A DNA stretch of 64,000 nucleotides, from positions 7,378 through 71,377 of the IMG/VR virus record IMGVR_UViG_3300025140_000080, one strand, 5' to 3'. Below, one piece after another: positions 21,257 to 31,747 of the stretch (within the stretch, counting starts at the first letter, position 1; each line of letters opens with the position of its first letter). Source of the DNA: a virus. Both the position numbers and the translations under genes were made by a program. The notes under the pieces were generated by a model. It searched no databases. It was not told the DNA's origin and was given only the letters and a program-made list of their open reading frames with translations.

Positions 21257-21865
21257 ATGGAAAAATATATATGGTCGTTAGATTTATCAACAACTAATGT
21301 TGGGTCTGCATTATGGAATTCGGAAGGTAAGCTGATCGAAATGAAGCATTTAATATTGAATGTCGAAAAGTCCGTCCCGAAAGAAACCAGAGATATTCAC
21401 AAGGCTAATAATTTCAAAAATTATTGTATAGCCTATAAAAAAAGGATTGAGACTGAATTAAATGGAACTATTGTCAATATTGTGATCGAAGAACCTATCG
21501 GCGGAAGTAATAACGCTTTTACAGTTGCTTTGCTACACAGTTTCAATGGTATGTGTCGTTATATTCTACATGAAGTATTTGATGTGTATGCCATGAAGAT
21601 ATCCGTTGCTGATAGTAGGAAACTTTTCTTATCTGAATTCGTACACTCTGAGAAGAAAAAAGGTATTATTGTCGAAGTATTATCGTTCCCAGCTGCTTGG
21701 AAGGATCAGAAAAAAGAATATATTCGTCAAAAAGTTGCGAGATTAGAGCCTCATATCGAGTGGATACTTGATAAGAACGGTAAAATAAAGGATATTAATT
21801 ATGATATGAGTGACTCATATTGTGTTGGATATGCTGGATTGAAAATAATTGGAATAATAAAATAA
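21257..21865 (+). CDS. ruvC: RuvC-like Holliday junction resolvase
   Basis: SLDLSTTNVG, IVIEEP, DMSDSYCVG. Confidence 0.7.
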   Translation: MEKYIWSLDLSTTNVGSALWNSEGKLIEMKHLILNVEKSVPKETRDIHKANNFKNYCIAYKKRIETELNGTIVNIVIEEPIGGSNNAFTVALLHSFNGMCRYILHEVFDVYAMKISVADSRKLFLSEFVHSEKKKGIIVEVLSFPAAWKDQKKEYIRQKVARLEPHIEWILDKNGKIKDINYDMSDSYCVGYAGLKIIGIIK

Positions 21866-22171
21866 ATGAAAAAAGTATATTTGATTAGGTCTAATGACGG
21901 AAAGTATAAGATAGGAATATCTATTAACCCTAATAAAAGAATTGATCAACTAAACACTGGCAACCCAGAGAAACTAAGGATGATTGAATCATATGAGTCA
22001 TCAAACGCATCATTAATAGAAGCTGGGTTGCATAATAAATATATGCATGCTCGGCAAAATGGCGAGTGGTTTGATTTATCTATATCTGAGGAAGTTGACT
22101 TCATAAAGAACTGTAAAATTATCGATGAATCTATAAAAAATTTACGCTTAATGGGTAATACATTCATATAG
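21866..22171 (+). CDS. GIY-YIG (T5orf172/MUG113-like) nuclease
   Basis: VYLI..YKIGIS.NP.KRI.QL.TGNP, E..LH..GEWF. Confidence 0.8.
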   Translation: MKKVYLIRSNDGKYKIGISINPNKRIDQLNTGNPEKLRMIESYESSNASLIEAGLHNKYMHARQNGEWFDLSISEEVDFIKNCKIIDESIKNLRLMGNTFI

Positions 22172-22185
22172 ATTTATAATTTTAC

Positions 22186-22216
22186 TTGTTTTATACGAAT
22201 AAATAAATTATTTTTG
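22186..22216 (+). promoter_or_regulatory. Bacteroidota-type promoter
   Basis: TTG-N20-TATTTTTG. Confidence 0.6.
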
Positions 22217-22233
22217 CACAAAATTAATAAATA

Positions 22234-23772
22234 ATGATTAGAGATAGAATATTAAAAGGAATTGAGGTTATTGATTCCGCAATCAATAATAACATATCAC
22301 TTACCACAGCATCGATCAAATCAGGATACGCTGATACATATGTTAAAAATGTGAAACGTAAGGTTATCGATAAATTCAATAAAAAAACAATAGCACTGCA
22401 AGATTATAAACTATTCATGGATAAGTATGATGAATATTTAGAAAAGGTCTGTAAAATCGAAGCCACTATTACTACGAATAATATGCCTGTATATGGAGAT
22501 AATTCATATTGTCCTAATGGCGTTCCATCTGGACAATATAGTCCAGTAATTACGCTTAACAAGGATGTGAAGCAATCTAAACCAACAGATTTACCTGTCG
22601 CCACTAATGAACAGCTTAAATTCGAAGTACAGGGGAATGTCGCTGATATTGACTGGAAAAATGGCAGTAACTATCCCAATGGACATATTAAAACACTTGA
22701 CGAACTATTGAAAGCCGCAGAGGTTGATATGGAAATGTGGGCTGTTAAAGATTATACTGTTAATAAATGGGATGTAACATCATTTAAAACAATGACGCCA
22801 GTTACTGCTCAGAATTTTCAAGTTAAAGCAAGACTTGAAAGAAACATGCCTCTTTTCAAAGCCATTAATGTCGGTGAAATAATTGAAGGCGTAATTAGCA
22901 AATACACCGTACCCCAAGTAGACGTAAAAACAATATCAAACGACCCTAATGAGGATCACAACTTGTTGGAAATATCTTTATTCGACCTTCACATTGGAAA
23001 ATTAGGTTGGAACGGCGAAACAGGTGAAAATTACGATACAAAGATAGCACGTGAACGTTTTATGTATGCTATTAATAAGTTGCTTAAACACGCCTCTACA
23101 TTCAAATACGAACGTATTCTATTTCCTATCGGCAATGACTTTTTCAATAGTGATAACATGAACAATACAACAACTCATGGTACACAACAGGACGAAGATT
23201 TACGCTGGCAGAAAACATTTGAGGTTGGAGTTACCTTATTAGCTGACGCAATTTATTTGTTGAAAGAACAAGGAGTTCCGATTGATGTCCTTGTAATCCC
23301 TGGAAATCACGACTTTGAAAGAAGTTTTTATCTTGGCTCGGTTCTAAAAGCATGGTTTAATAACGACACACAGGTGACAATTGATAACGGTGCATCGCCA
23401 CGTAAATATTATAAATATCATGAAGTATTACTTGGTTTTACTCATGGTAGCGAAGAAAAAGAAGCATCATTACCATTAATTATGGCAAATGATATTGAAT
23501 CTAAGAAAATGTGGAGTGAGACAAGATTTCATGAATGGCATTTAGGTCACCAACATAGAAAGAAAACTTACAGACATGGCGTTGATTTCAACAGAGACAC
23601 TGTTATTAATGAGGAACAAGGCGTTATTATACGTTACTTATCATCATTAACAGGTACTGAGGAATGGCATCATAAGAAAGGTTTCATTGGAGCAGTTAAA
23701 GCCGCCGATGCTTTCATATGGAATGATAAACTCGGATTAGTTGCGCATTTAAATTCAAATATACCTGAATAA
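22234..23772 (+). CDS. calcineurin-like metallophosphoesterase with N-terminal extension
   Basis: DLHIGK, GNDFF, GNHD, THG, GHQH. Confidence 0.8.
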   Translation: MIRDRILKGIEVIDSAINNNISLTTASIKSGYADTYVKNVKRKVIDKFNKKTIALQDYKLFMDKYDEYLEKVCKIEATITTNNMPVYGDNSYCPNGVPSGQYSPVITLNKDVKQSKPTDLPVATNEQLKFEVQGNVADIDWKNGSNYPNGHIKTLDELLKAAEVDMEMWAVKDYTVNKWDVTSFKTMTPVTAQNFQVKARLERNMPLFKAINVGEIIEGVISKYTVPQVDVKTISNDPNEDHNLLEISLFDLHIGKLGWNGETGENYDTKIARERFMYAINKLLKHASTFKYERILFPIGNDFFNSDNMNNTTTHGTQQDEDLRWQKTFEVGVTLLADAIYLLKEQGVPIDVLVIPGNHDFERSFYLGSVLKAWFNNDTQVTIDNGASPRKYYKYHEVLLGFTHGSEEKEASLPLIMANDIESKKMWSETRFHEWHLGHQHRKKTYRHGVDFNRDTVINEEQGVIIRYLSSLTGTEEWHHKKGFIGAVKAADAFIWNDKLGLVAHLNSNIPE

Positions 23773-23800
23773 ATTCTTAACATAGAGTTGTTTATGATCT

Positions 23801-23838
23801 AAAACCCATTAAGTAGAAATATTTAATGGGTTTTTTTT
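23801..23838 (+). terminator. intrinsic terminator
   Basis: AAAACCCATTAA...TTAATGGGTTTT plus T run. Confidence 0.8.
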
Positions 23839-23895
23839 ATTACTTAGTATACTTATTTATACTTTTATAGTATTTATTATAAAATTATATAAAAA

Positions 23896-24495
23896 ATGAA
23901 AGATATTACTTCTAATAAAGGCTTACTTAAATTAGCAAAAGGAACAAGTAAACCCAAAGCTGAGAGCAAGCCAACACCAAAACCAGTTCAAAAAGCAGTT
24001 AAAAACCCCGAAGTTAAACCAGCTGAAATTGTAAAACCAGTTGATGCTGAGGCTGAACGTGCAAGAAAAGCTAAAGAATTGGTTAATAGCTTATGTTTGG
24101 ATGTTGATCTGAGCACAAAAAAGGTTGAACCTGTCACAATACAAACAGATGCTACAAAATATATTAATAAGAATGATGATAATAGATTGTGGCTTGAGGA
24201 ACAGGTTGAAAGGCTTACCGAAGAGTCTGAACAGCTTAGAATTCAATTAGCAAAGGCAACTAACGGCGTTTATGTTCAGCCAACAGATGACGGAGTTACT
24301 TATAATAATTATGATTCGTTGGGTGATGAGGATATTTTGAAACAGAAAACTGTTGATCTATTTACCGAATTACAGGATATGCATCATAAATGGGGTACGA
24401 ATTTTATCATTAATCCCAGAGGCTTTATGAATAGGTTGATCGAAATGTTTCCATACCTTAAAGACTATAAGACTTTTACTGACGAACAATATTAG
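23896..24495 (+). CDS. hypothetical protein (basic/Pro-rich N-terminus, coiled coil)
   Basis: 199-aa ORF with late-type motif upstream. Confidence 0.6.
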   Translation: MKDITSNKGLLKLAKGTSKPKAESKPTPKPVQKAVKNPEVKPAEIVKPVDAEAERARKAKELVNSLCLDVDLSTKKVEPVTIQTDATKYINKNDDNRLWLEEQVERLTEESEQLRIQLAKATNGVYVQPTDDGVTYNNYDSLGDEDILKQKTVDLFTELQDMHHKWGTNFIINPRGFMNRLIEMFPYLKDYKTFTDEQY

Positions 24496-24500
24496 TGTAA

Positions 24501-24539
24501 AAAAAATACCTGAAATGATTTTGATTTCAGGTATTTTTT
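24501..24539 (+). terminator. intrinsic terminator
   Basis: AAAAAATACCTGAAAT/ATTTCAGGTATTTTTT. Confidence 0.75.
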
Positions 24540-24550
24540 ACTTATTTTTG
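24521..24550 (+). promoter_or_regulatory. Bacteroidota-type promoter (primase)
   Basis: TTG-N19-TATTTTTG, overlapping upstream terminator hairpin. Confidence 0.6.
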
Positions 24551-24554
24551 TTGC

Positions 24555-25598
24555 ATGATTAGAGGGCAAGAATTTCATAGTATAATACAAGGCATGTTTC
24601 CAGACGCCAAGGGCTTAAATGTATCTGAACAGGTTCAGGTCAATTGCCCAAGATGTCAGGAGAATGAAGGCTTAGCATTTTCCGATGGTAAAACAAATCT
24701 CGAAATAAACACCGCAAGGCGAATGTTTAGATGCTGGAAGTGTGACGACCCTAAGTTCAGCGGTAGCTTAGGAAAACTTGTTCATTTATATGGCTCTAAA
24801 ATCGATTATGACCTATATAAAATATATAATGCTTCATATGCTGGGTATGATGATTATGAGGAAGAAGAAGTTGAATATGTTCCTGTGGAACTTCCAGAGG
24901 AAATGATTCCATTTTCAAAAATGGATGCCTCGAATGTTGCTCATTTTGAAGCGTATAATTATATGATTAATGAGCGTAAAATCGATAGAAGTCTTTTAAT
25001 TAAATTTGGCATCGGATTTTGTATTGAGGGTAAATATAAAAAACGAATCATAATTCCATCTTATGATAAAAATGGTATCGTCAACTATTTTGTAGCCAGA
25101 AATTACGATAAAGGTAATGGCAAATTCAAGATCAAACCGTATGATAATCCCAAGTCCGACAAATCAAGAATCATATTCAATGAGGGTATGATAAATTGGG
25201 ATATGACATTATATGTTGTTGAAGGTGCTTTTGAAATGCTTACACTCCCAATTAATACAACACCAATGCTCGGTAAAACCATATCCGATGCATTATTTAT
25301 GAAAATTAAAGAACTGAAACCCAATATTGTAATATTATTAGACCCTGATGCTTATAAAAACAGTGTTGAATTATTTTACAAACTTCATACAATATATATT
25401 GATTGTGAGGATAAAGTAAAATTAATCGCATTGCCAAATAATGACGACTTAGATGAAATGAGACGTTTTCAGGGCGACGAGAGGGTTGCCGAAGCTTTGT
25501 ATAGTTTGAGGTCGCTGACAATAAATGATTATTTTATAACAAAAATGCATGAATCAGAAAGATACGATCCATATACAAAATATTTTAAAAGGGAATAA
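24555..25598 (+). CDS. dnaG: DNA primase (Zn finger + Toprim)
   Basis: CPRC...CWKC; RIIIP; VVEGAFE; LLDPDA. Confidence 0.85.
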   Translation: MIRGQEFHSIIQGMFPDAKGLNVSEQVQVNCPRCQENEGLAFSDGKTNLEINTARRMFRCWKCDDPKFSGSLGKLVHLYGSKIDYDLYKIYNASYAGYDDYEEEEVEYVPVELPEEMIPFSKMDASNVAHFEAYNYMINERKIDRSLLIKFGIGFCIEGKYKKRIIIPSYDKNGIVNYFVARNYDKGNGKFKIKPYDNPKSDKSRIIFNEGMINWDMTLYVVEGAFEMLTLPINTTPMLGKTISDALFMKIKELKPNIVILLDPDAYKNSVELFYKLHTIYIDCEDKVKLIALPNNDDLDEMRRFQGDERVAEALYSLRSLTINDYFITKMHESERYDPYTKYFKRE

Positions 25599-26100
25599 AA
25601 ATTCCGAACAACTCATTTACTTCAAATATAAAAAACAGATAAAACAGTTTATTCACGCTAAATATGATAAGTACAATCAAATGGAAGATTGTATCGATGA
25701 TTATGTTGCGGATATTATGATTAAAATTTTCTCAAATTTAGCTAAATACGACGAGAAGAAATCTGATTTTAGAACATGGGTTTTTACTATAACTAATAAT
25801 CATATGAGAAATATCGTTAGAGATAATAATGTTCGAAGAGCAATTTGTAGGAATTTAAGAACAACAACAAGTACTAATGATTATATTGAATATGAGACAA
25901 ATAATAGCTTAGATTTCATTTCGAAGCAAATCTCAAATGATGATTACACTATGTTAAGTATGAAATATCTTGACGGATATAATTACCATGAGATAGGCAA
26001 AGAATTTAACACAACAAGCACGTGTATAGCTAATAAAATTAACTATATTAAGACCGTGTTGAAAAATCATAAGGCTAATAAGCATTTGATTCTCGATTAA
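25549..26100 (+). CDS. ECF-like RNA polymerase sigma factor
   Basis: Region 2 FRTWVFTITNN; region 4 YHEIGKEFNTTSTCIANKI. Confidence 0.7.
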   Translation: MNQKDTIHIQNILKGNKNSEQLIYFKYKKQIKQFIHAKYDKYNQMEDCIDDYVADIMIKIFSNLAKYDEKKSDFRTWVFTITNNHMRNIVRDNNVRRAICRNLRTTTSTNDYIEYETNNSLDFISKQISNDDYTMLSMKYLDGYNYHEIGKEFNTTSTCIANKINYIKTVLKNHKANKHLILD

Positions 26101-26112
26101 CACGAAATATTG

Positions 26113-26143
26113 TTGTGGGTATCATAAATAATACATACATTTG
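26113..26143 (+). promoter_or_regulatory. Bacteroidota-type promoter (SbcCD)
   Basis: TTG-N20-TACATTTG. Confidence 0.65.
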
Positions 26144-26161
26144 CAAAATATATAATTAATA

Positions 26162-29100
26162 ATGGGACAAATAATAACGGTAGCGCAAATAGCTGATATA
26201 CATCTTAGGAACATACCAACGAGAAACGTAGAGTATGCATCTGTTTTTGCAAATTTATATAAATCATTAAGAAAGGATAAACCTTCTCGTATCATGATAA
26301 ACGGTGACCTTGTTCACGATTATCTACATCTTGAGGGCGAACAGCTTATACTTGCATCTGATCTTTTAGATCAGTTAGCATTAATTGCACCAGTTCGAAT
26401 TGTGCGTGGTAATCACGACTTTAAAAGAATTAATCCTCAAAGAGTGGATTCTGTTAAAGCCATCGTAGACACATTACATAATAAGAACATTATTTATTAC
26501 GATACAACAGGCTTTATTGACGATGAAAATATTACATGGTGCGTATGGCATCATGGTTCATCTTCAAACTCACCTTGGACTACTAAAACTGGTATAGAAC
26601 TTGTCGCCAATAAAGACCCTAATAGAGTGTATATTGACTTATTTCATGACCCTATAAACGGCTGTCAAACAGTAACAGGTTTTGAAATGACAAAAAAGAC
26701 ATTAAGGAACTTGGGCGATTTTAATGGTGACCTATTATTTCTTGGTGATATTCACAAAAAGCAATATTTTTATAAAAATAACGCATTATTCGGGTCATAT
26801 CCGTCATCGCTTATTGCACAGGATTTTGGTGAGGGTGACGATAATTTTCATGGCTATTTATTATGGAATGTAGAAAAATCTACCGTAATTGAAAAGCCTA
26901 TAGCTAACGATTATTCATTTAAAAACATTATCATATCATCATATGTTGATTTTGATGATATTGACATTGAAATTGACGAGCCTACAACCTTTATGAAGGT
27001 CAGATTTATATGGAAAACATTACCATATGTTAGAACTTCGATCAATGAGAATAAGCTGGTGGCTTATATTAAAGGCAAATACCCCAATATTACGTCTGTA
27101 TCTAATAAAAGCGACTTCATTATTGATAATAAAATTGTTGTAAGCGAAGACGTTACGCTTGTAAGTATTAACGAAACCACAGTCCAACAAGCGATATTCA
27201 CAGAGCATTTAGATGCTATGGGTATTGAGGCTGCAACAATTAAAGATGTTATTGATCTTGATGATATTATTTCAGGCGAAATCGATCATACTGATGATGT
27301 GGGCGGAAATTTCAATATCATTAAATTCGGTGGCAGAAACTTTGCCTCTTATGAGACTATTGATATTGATTGGAGAGAACTTAACGGCTTATTTCAGATT
27401 GTCGGTAAGAATACAGCTGGGAAGACAACTCTTATTAAATTAATCTCATACATTCTATATAACAAATCACTCGAAACTGAGGGTCGTGTTAAATTCGGCG
27501 ATTCACGATATGTTAACAATAGAAACGGTGCTACTTTTTGCGATGCTTACATGGTATTTGATTATAATTCTGAATATTATGGAATAAAAAAGAGGACAAC
27601 CATTACAAGGTCTAAGGACGGTGCTATAAACGGTGCTCCAACAACATTGAATTATTATCTGATGGCGTCACCTGATGACGAAATGAATGATCAGAACTCA
27701 TTGGATAATATGAGCGGTGACCAGAGAATAAAGACTCAGAAAATTATAGAGTCTTTGATTGGTAGTTATGATAATTTTATGCGTATTGTTGTTACAACTG
27801 CCGATACTCTTAATAAGATATTGTCGAACGATATGTCAACATTCATCGATTCGCTATTATTCGATAGTGGACTTGACATATTTGATAAAAAACTCGATGC
27901 ATGTAAAAAGAATCAGAAAAGATTAGCCGAAAAGGGGCGTATAAACTGCAATGTTGAGAACTCTGATAACGAAATTCTAAGACTTAAAAATTCTATATCC
28001 GAATTGGAGTTACAATTAACGGAGTTAGAATCGGTTACAGTTGTCGAAATTGAGAACTCAATGAGTAACGGTAGGAAATATGTCGATACCTTACATAAAG
28101 ATATGCATAAAATAGATGATGAAATCTATAATATGGATATTGAACAGGCTAATAGAAGTGCTGAGAAATACAAGATAACTATTAGCGATTATTATAAGCG
28201 TATTGAAATTATCGAAAAAAGCATGTCCGAGTTGAAAAATACTTATGATGAGGCACGATACAATGAATTAGTTGCTCAAAAAGATACACATAGAAATTCA
28301 GAATATGCCCTTAAATTAAAGATTAAGGATTTTGAAAGTACTATAAGTAGAAAAGATCATGAAATTGAGATAATCAACGGCAAAATTGTAAATCTTAAGA
28401 GAGACGGTTTAAAGATTAAAAATGAACTTATTGGCTTTAAACAGGGAACAACGGAGCACACATGTCCAACATGTCATCAGAGTGTTGCTCAGGATAATGA
28501 ACATATAAAACAAAAAATAAGTGATCTAAAAACAGAAATGTTCTCAATTGCCGACACGATTAAAAACTATGAGAGTGTAGACATTATAGCTCTTAAAGAT
28601 AGTATAGTCGGACTAAATGCTGAAATCAATATTGTTAAAGAACAAATCGAAGTTATTAGTCTTACAATGGTTGGAGTTCTTGCTGAGATAGGTGTTTTAA
28701 ATAACGACAAGAATGATTATATGCTTCGTTTGAAATTGGCTGACGAGCTTGAAAGGATACCGCTGTATATCAGAACTAATGAACTTGAGCTTGACATTAT
28801 CGGTCAGAAAATCATAAGATATGGTGAGAATATTATTCAGATTGATGAAAATAAGAAACTAAGCGAACGTATTAAACAGGCTGACGCAAAAATACAGAAA
28901 TATGCTGACGATTTAAAGGTTGTACAGTCTAATATATATAATAAACGTTTAGCTATTAACGATTCGAATAGTAAGATAGTTCAAACAGAGTCTCTTGTAA
29001 AATTATTCAAAGCACAAGAACATGTTGATAATGTTTATGCTTTATACATTAAATGTGTTCATAGAGACGGAATCCCAAGACAGATGCTTGTTAATTATAT

Positions 29101-29512
29101 TATACCTAAAATTAACAACACACTTGCAAGTATTTTATCTGTGTCGGCGTTCAAAGTATGGCTGGACTTAGATGATCTTAGACCTAAATTGGCTTATAAT
29201 AGCCGTCCGTTAGCTGTGATTGACTGCATTAGCGCATCAGGTAAGGAACGTACATTTTCTGCTATTGTTTTAAAATTCGCTTTAAATCAAATTAATGCTA
29301 AGGTAAAGCCAACTATATTCATGCTTGATGAGGTTATGGGTAAACTGAGTGCCGATAGTATCGAGGAATTTAACGAAATCCTTCAATTAATTAAGGATAA
29401 CATGCAAAAAGTATTGGTTATTGAGCATAATCACGAGATTAACCCTGATTATGTAATCAATGTTCAATTAGATGAGAATGAAATATCAACATTAACAATA
29501 AACACATTATAA
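26162..29512 (+). CDS. sbcCD: fused SbcD(Mre11/gp47)-SbcC(Rad50/gp46) nuclease-ATPase
   Basis: DIH, NGD, GNHD, GDIH; Walker A GKNTAGKT; hook CPTC; signature SASGKE; Walker B MLDE; H-loop IEH. Confidence 0.9.
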   Translation: MGQIITVAQIADIHLRNIPTRNVEYASVFANLYKSLRKDKPSRIMINGDLVHDYLHLEGEQLILASDLLDQLALIAPVRIVRGNHDFKRINPQRVDSVKAIVDTLHNKNIIYYDTTGFIDDENITWCVWHHGSSSNSPWTTKTGIELVANKDPNRVYIDLFHDPINGCQTVTGFEMTKKTLRNLGDFNGDLLFLGDIHKKQYFYKNNALFGSYPSSLIAQDFGEGDDNFHGYLLWNVEKSTVIEKPIANDYSFKNIIISSYVDFDDIDIEIDEPTTFMKVRFIWKTLPYVRTSINENKLVAYIKGKYPNITSVSNKSDFIIDNKIVVSEDVTLVSINETTVQQAIFTEHLDAMGIEAATIKDVIDLDDIISGEIDHTDDVGGNFNIIKFGGRNFASYETIDIDWRELNGLFQIVGKNTAGKTTLIKLISYILYNKSLETEGRVKFGDSRYVNNRNGATFCDAYMVFDYNSEYYGIKKRTTITRSKDGAINGAPTTLNYYLMASPDDEMNDQNSLDNMSGDQRIKTQKIIESLIGSYDNFMRIVVTTADTLNKILSNDMSTFIDSLLFDSGLDIFDKKLDACKKNQKRLAEKGRINCNVENSDNEILRLKNSISELELQLTELESVTVVEIENSMSNGRKYVDTLHKDMHKIDDEIYNMDIEQANRSAEKYKITISDYYKRIEIIEKSMSELKNTYDEARYNELVAQKDTHRNSEYALKLKIKDFESTISRKDHEIEIINGKIVNLKRDGLKIKNELIGFKQGTTEHTCPTCHQSVAQDNEHIKQKISDLKTEMFSIADTIKNYESVDIIALKDSIVGLNAEINIVKEQIEVISLTMVGVLAEIGVLNNDKNDYMLRLKLADELERIPLYIRTNELELDIIGQKIIRYGENIIQIDENKKLSERIKQADAKIQKYADDLKVVQSNIYNKRLAINDSNSKIVQTESLVKLFKAQEHVDNVYALYIKCVHRDGIPRQMLVNYIIPKINNTLASILSVSAFKVWLDLDDLRPKLAYNSRPLAVIDCISASGKERTFSAIVLKFALNQINAKVKPTIFMLDEVMGKLSADSIEEFNEILQLIKDNMQKVLVIEHNHEINPDYVINVQLDENEISTLTINTL

Positions 29513-29781
29513 TGGTAAAAAATAAGCCGAGGTTGGGTGTTATAGATGGTATAGAAATCTTACATGATAAACATATTCAGAGTATAGATGATGATACGTA
29601 TGTAATAGGCAGAAAAAGACCCAGCTATTTAATGTCAGGAAGCGCAAGAATGCTTTTAGATGTTAAAGAGAGACCAGATCATACAAAATACTCGGTTAAA
29701 TATGAGGATATTGTATGGATTGCTGGTGGCTGGGATACTCTTGAAATGTATGAAAAAATTTTACAAAAATATAAAATATGA
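29512..29781 (+). CDS. hypothetical protein
   Basis: Coupled 89-aa ORF. Confidence 0.6.
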   Translation: MVKNKPRLGVIDGIEILHDKHIQSIDDDTYVIGRKRPSYLMSGSARMLLDVKERPDHTKYSVKYEDIVWIAGGWDTLEMYEKILQKYKI

Positions 29782-30377
29782 TTAACATTAATATTGAAGA
29801 TTTTCCAGCTACTTGTAAAAATTATATCAGTAGCGAAACGGCTAAGGATCAGATTATATTAGACATATCTAATAGAAATGATCATAATCAATTGGTTAGA
29901 TTAGCTAATAAAGATAATGGTGTATGTAAAGAATGGAACACCTATACTGTAGGTCGAGACGGTACGATTTACGAGCATTATAATCCTAAGTATTATAGCA
30001 AGTTCTTGGGTATTGAATCCAGTAATAAGAATAATATTAGTATTGTTATGGAAAACATGGGTGCTCTTATAAAGGATGAATTTGGGTTGCATAATCATCT
30101 GAATGAGATTTGTGGTGGTAATATTGTTGAAATGAAGTATTATGGATATTATTATTGGGAAGAGATCACCATAGAGCAAATGGAGTCAACAGCCGAATTA
30201 TCATTATACTTATGCGATAAGTTTAACATCGAGCCTGTGTGTATTTCTTTTGACTTTTATCATAAGGATATTAATAAGTCTAAAGGTATTGTTTTTAAAA
30301 GTAATTATTTTGATATTGATGCATATTGCATTCCGCATTTTGATATTCCTAAATTTACTAAACTATTAAGAAAATAA
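29778..30377 (+). CDS. Amidase_2/PGRP-fold protein, catalytic residues degenerate
   Basis: YTVGRDGTIYE, NNISIVMEN, HKD; first Zn His and Cys not seen. Confidence 0.55.
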   Translation: MININIEDFPATCKNYISSETAKDQIILDISNRNDHNQLVRLANKDNGVCKEWNTYTVGRDGTIYEHYNPKYYSKFLGIESSNKNNISIVMENMGALIKDEFGLHNHLNEICGGNIVEMKYYGYYYWEEITIEQMESTAELSLYLCDKFNIEPVCISFDFYHKDINKSKGIVFKSNYFDIDAYCIPHFDIPKFTKLLRK

Positions 30378-30400
30378 GTATTTATAATAAATTATTAACT

Positions 30401-30865
30401 ATGAATATCAATAGAATTTCCAAGATAATGGAGCACTTCAATAAAGGCGAAAAGATTGACATGACAATGCGTGACATGTTAAAGATCACCAGAAAACTTA
30501 ATGAGGATGTCACCATTGATAATGCTGACGCTGAAAGAGTGAATAAAGCTACTCAGGGCGATCAGGAGAGAGAGCAGAATATTATCGACGGATTATTCCA
30601 AGATATTAACGTTTCAATTGATTATTATGAGCTTGAAGTTTATGACGATTTCGTATTCTGGGGTGGCGTAATCAATAATGAGATCGAATTTACGTACACT
30701 GTTCCGCCTGTGGAAAATACCACTGGCGTCGAATTTAAATATTCCGATGCCTTTAACAAGGACAATGAGGCTAATACCGATATAACCAGTAGACTTGAAT
30801 CGAATTACGATAAGTTTAATAAATACTGGATTGAAAATTTAGGAGACACAAATAATAATCAATAA
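30401..30865 (+). CDS. putative head-associated protein
   Basis: MRDMLKITRKLNE; late-type motif upstream. Confidence 0.45.
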   Translation: MNINRISKIMEHFNKGEKIDMTMRDMLKITRKLNEDVTIDNADAERVNKATQGDQEREQNIIDGLFQDINVSIDYYELEVYDDFVFWGGVINNEIEFTYTVPPVENTTGVEFKYSDAFNKDNEANTDITSRLESNYDKFNKYWIENLGDTNNNQ

Positions 30866-30876
30866 AACGTAATATT

Positions 30877-31668
30877 ATGGCAGTATCAACAACAGAGACA
30901 ACTCGTGTAGTCACGATTAACGTAGGGCAGATAATTATAATTGTCATAGCTCTTATAGTATTAATAGGCGGCGGATGGATGCTCTATTCAAATAGAGTTG
31001 GTAATTTAAAGGAAAAGCTTGATACAGAGACAAAATTAAAGAATGCTTTGGTCGATACGATTCAATTTCATGTAAACTCTTATAAAGAGATTGTTGCCGA
31101 AAAATTAACGCTACAAGGTACAATTAAGGGGCTTACAGATAAAAACAATAATCTCACATCAAATGAAAAGAATTTGCTTGCGAGAGTGAAGAAAGCCGAG
31201 AAAGATTACACCGTAATAGCAGCAGCGTTGATCGAGACACATGTGATAATTGATTCTCTTAGCAATCCAGTGGTAACAGTGGATTCATTGAATAATAGAG
31301 TGGGTTTTAAGGATAGTACAAGCTATATCAAGTACAACATTGATGTTATGAACGTAAAGGCTTTAAACGCCTCGAATAAGCCAGCAATTAGGTTTAATCA
31401 GTTCGATTTGATCAATACTCAATACATTGACTTCCTATGGAAAGATAATGTGAGGGAAGGTAATCCTGTGGCATTTAGCGTATCGAACAGTAATAAGTAT
31501 TTTAAGACATTTGATATTGTTAGTTATGCGATACCTCAATTAGATAAGAAAACCGTTAAACCGAACTTCATACAGCGAGCAGGTATATCGATTGGTAAGA
31601 ATAAGATGCTAATTATAACCCCAACAGCACTTGTAGGTGGATATTTTATAGGCAGAGCATTAAAGTAA
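30877..31668 (+). CDS. membrane-anchored coiled-coil protein (spanin-like candidate)
   Basis: N-terminal TM, coiled coil, C-terminal hydrophobic GGYFIG. Confidence 0.35.
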   Translation: MAVSTTETTRVVTINVGQIIIIVIALIVLIGGGWMLYSNRVGNLKEKLDTETKLKNALVDTIQFHVNSYKEIVAEKLTLQGTIKGLTDKNNNLTSNEKNLLARVKKAEKDYTVIAAALIETHVIIDSLSNPVVTVDSLNNRVGFKDSTSYIKYNIDVMNVKALNASNKPAIRFNQFDLINTQYIDFLWKDNVREGNPVAFSVSNSNKYFKTFDIVSYAIPQLDKKTVKPNFIQRAGISIGKNKMLIITPTALVGGYFIGRALK

Positions 31669-31747
31669 AGGCATTAAGCATTTAAATGCGATATATAAAT
31701 ACGTTTATTCAAAGTTAATGTATTTATATATTGAATACGTACAAATT

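Noticed and set aside
21866-22171. Mobile homing endonuclease or intron
   Set aside because: This is a short stand-alone GIY-YIG domain with no DNA-binding extension; it interrupts no gene and no group I intron structure flanks it.
22191-22200. Extra early-motif copy (TTATACGAAT; a similar half-site is near 15140, a loose one near 43088-43117)
   Set aside because: Only one half-site matches; the other half is absent at the fixed spacing.
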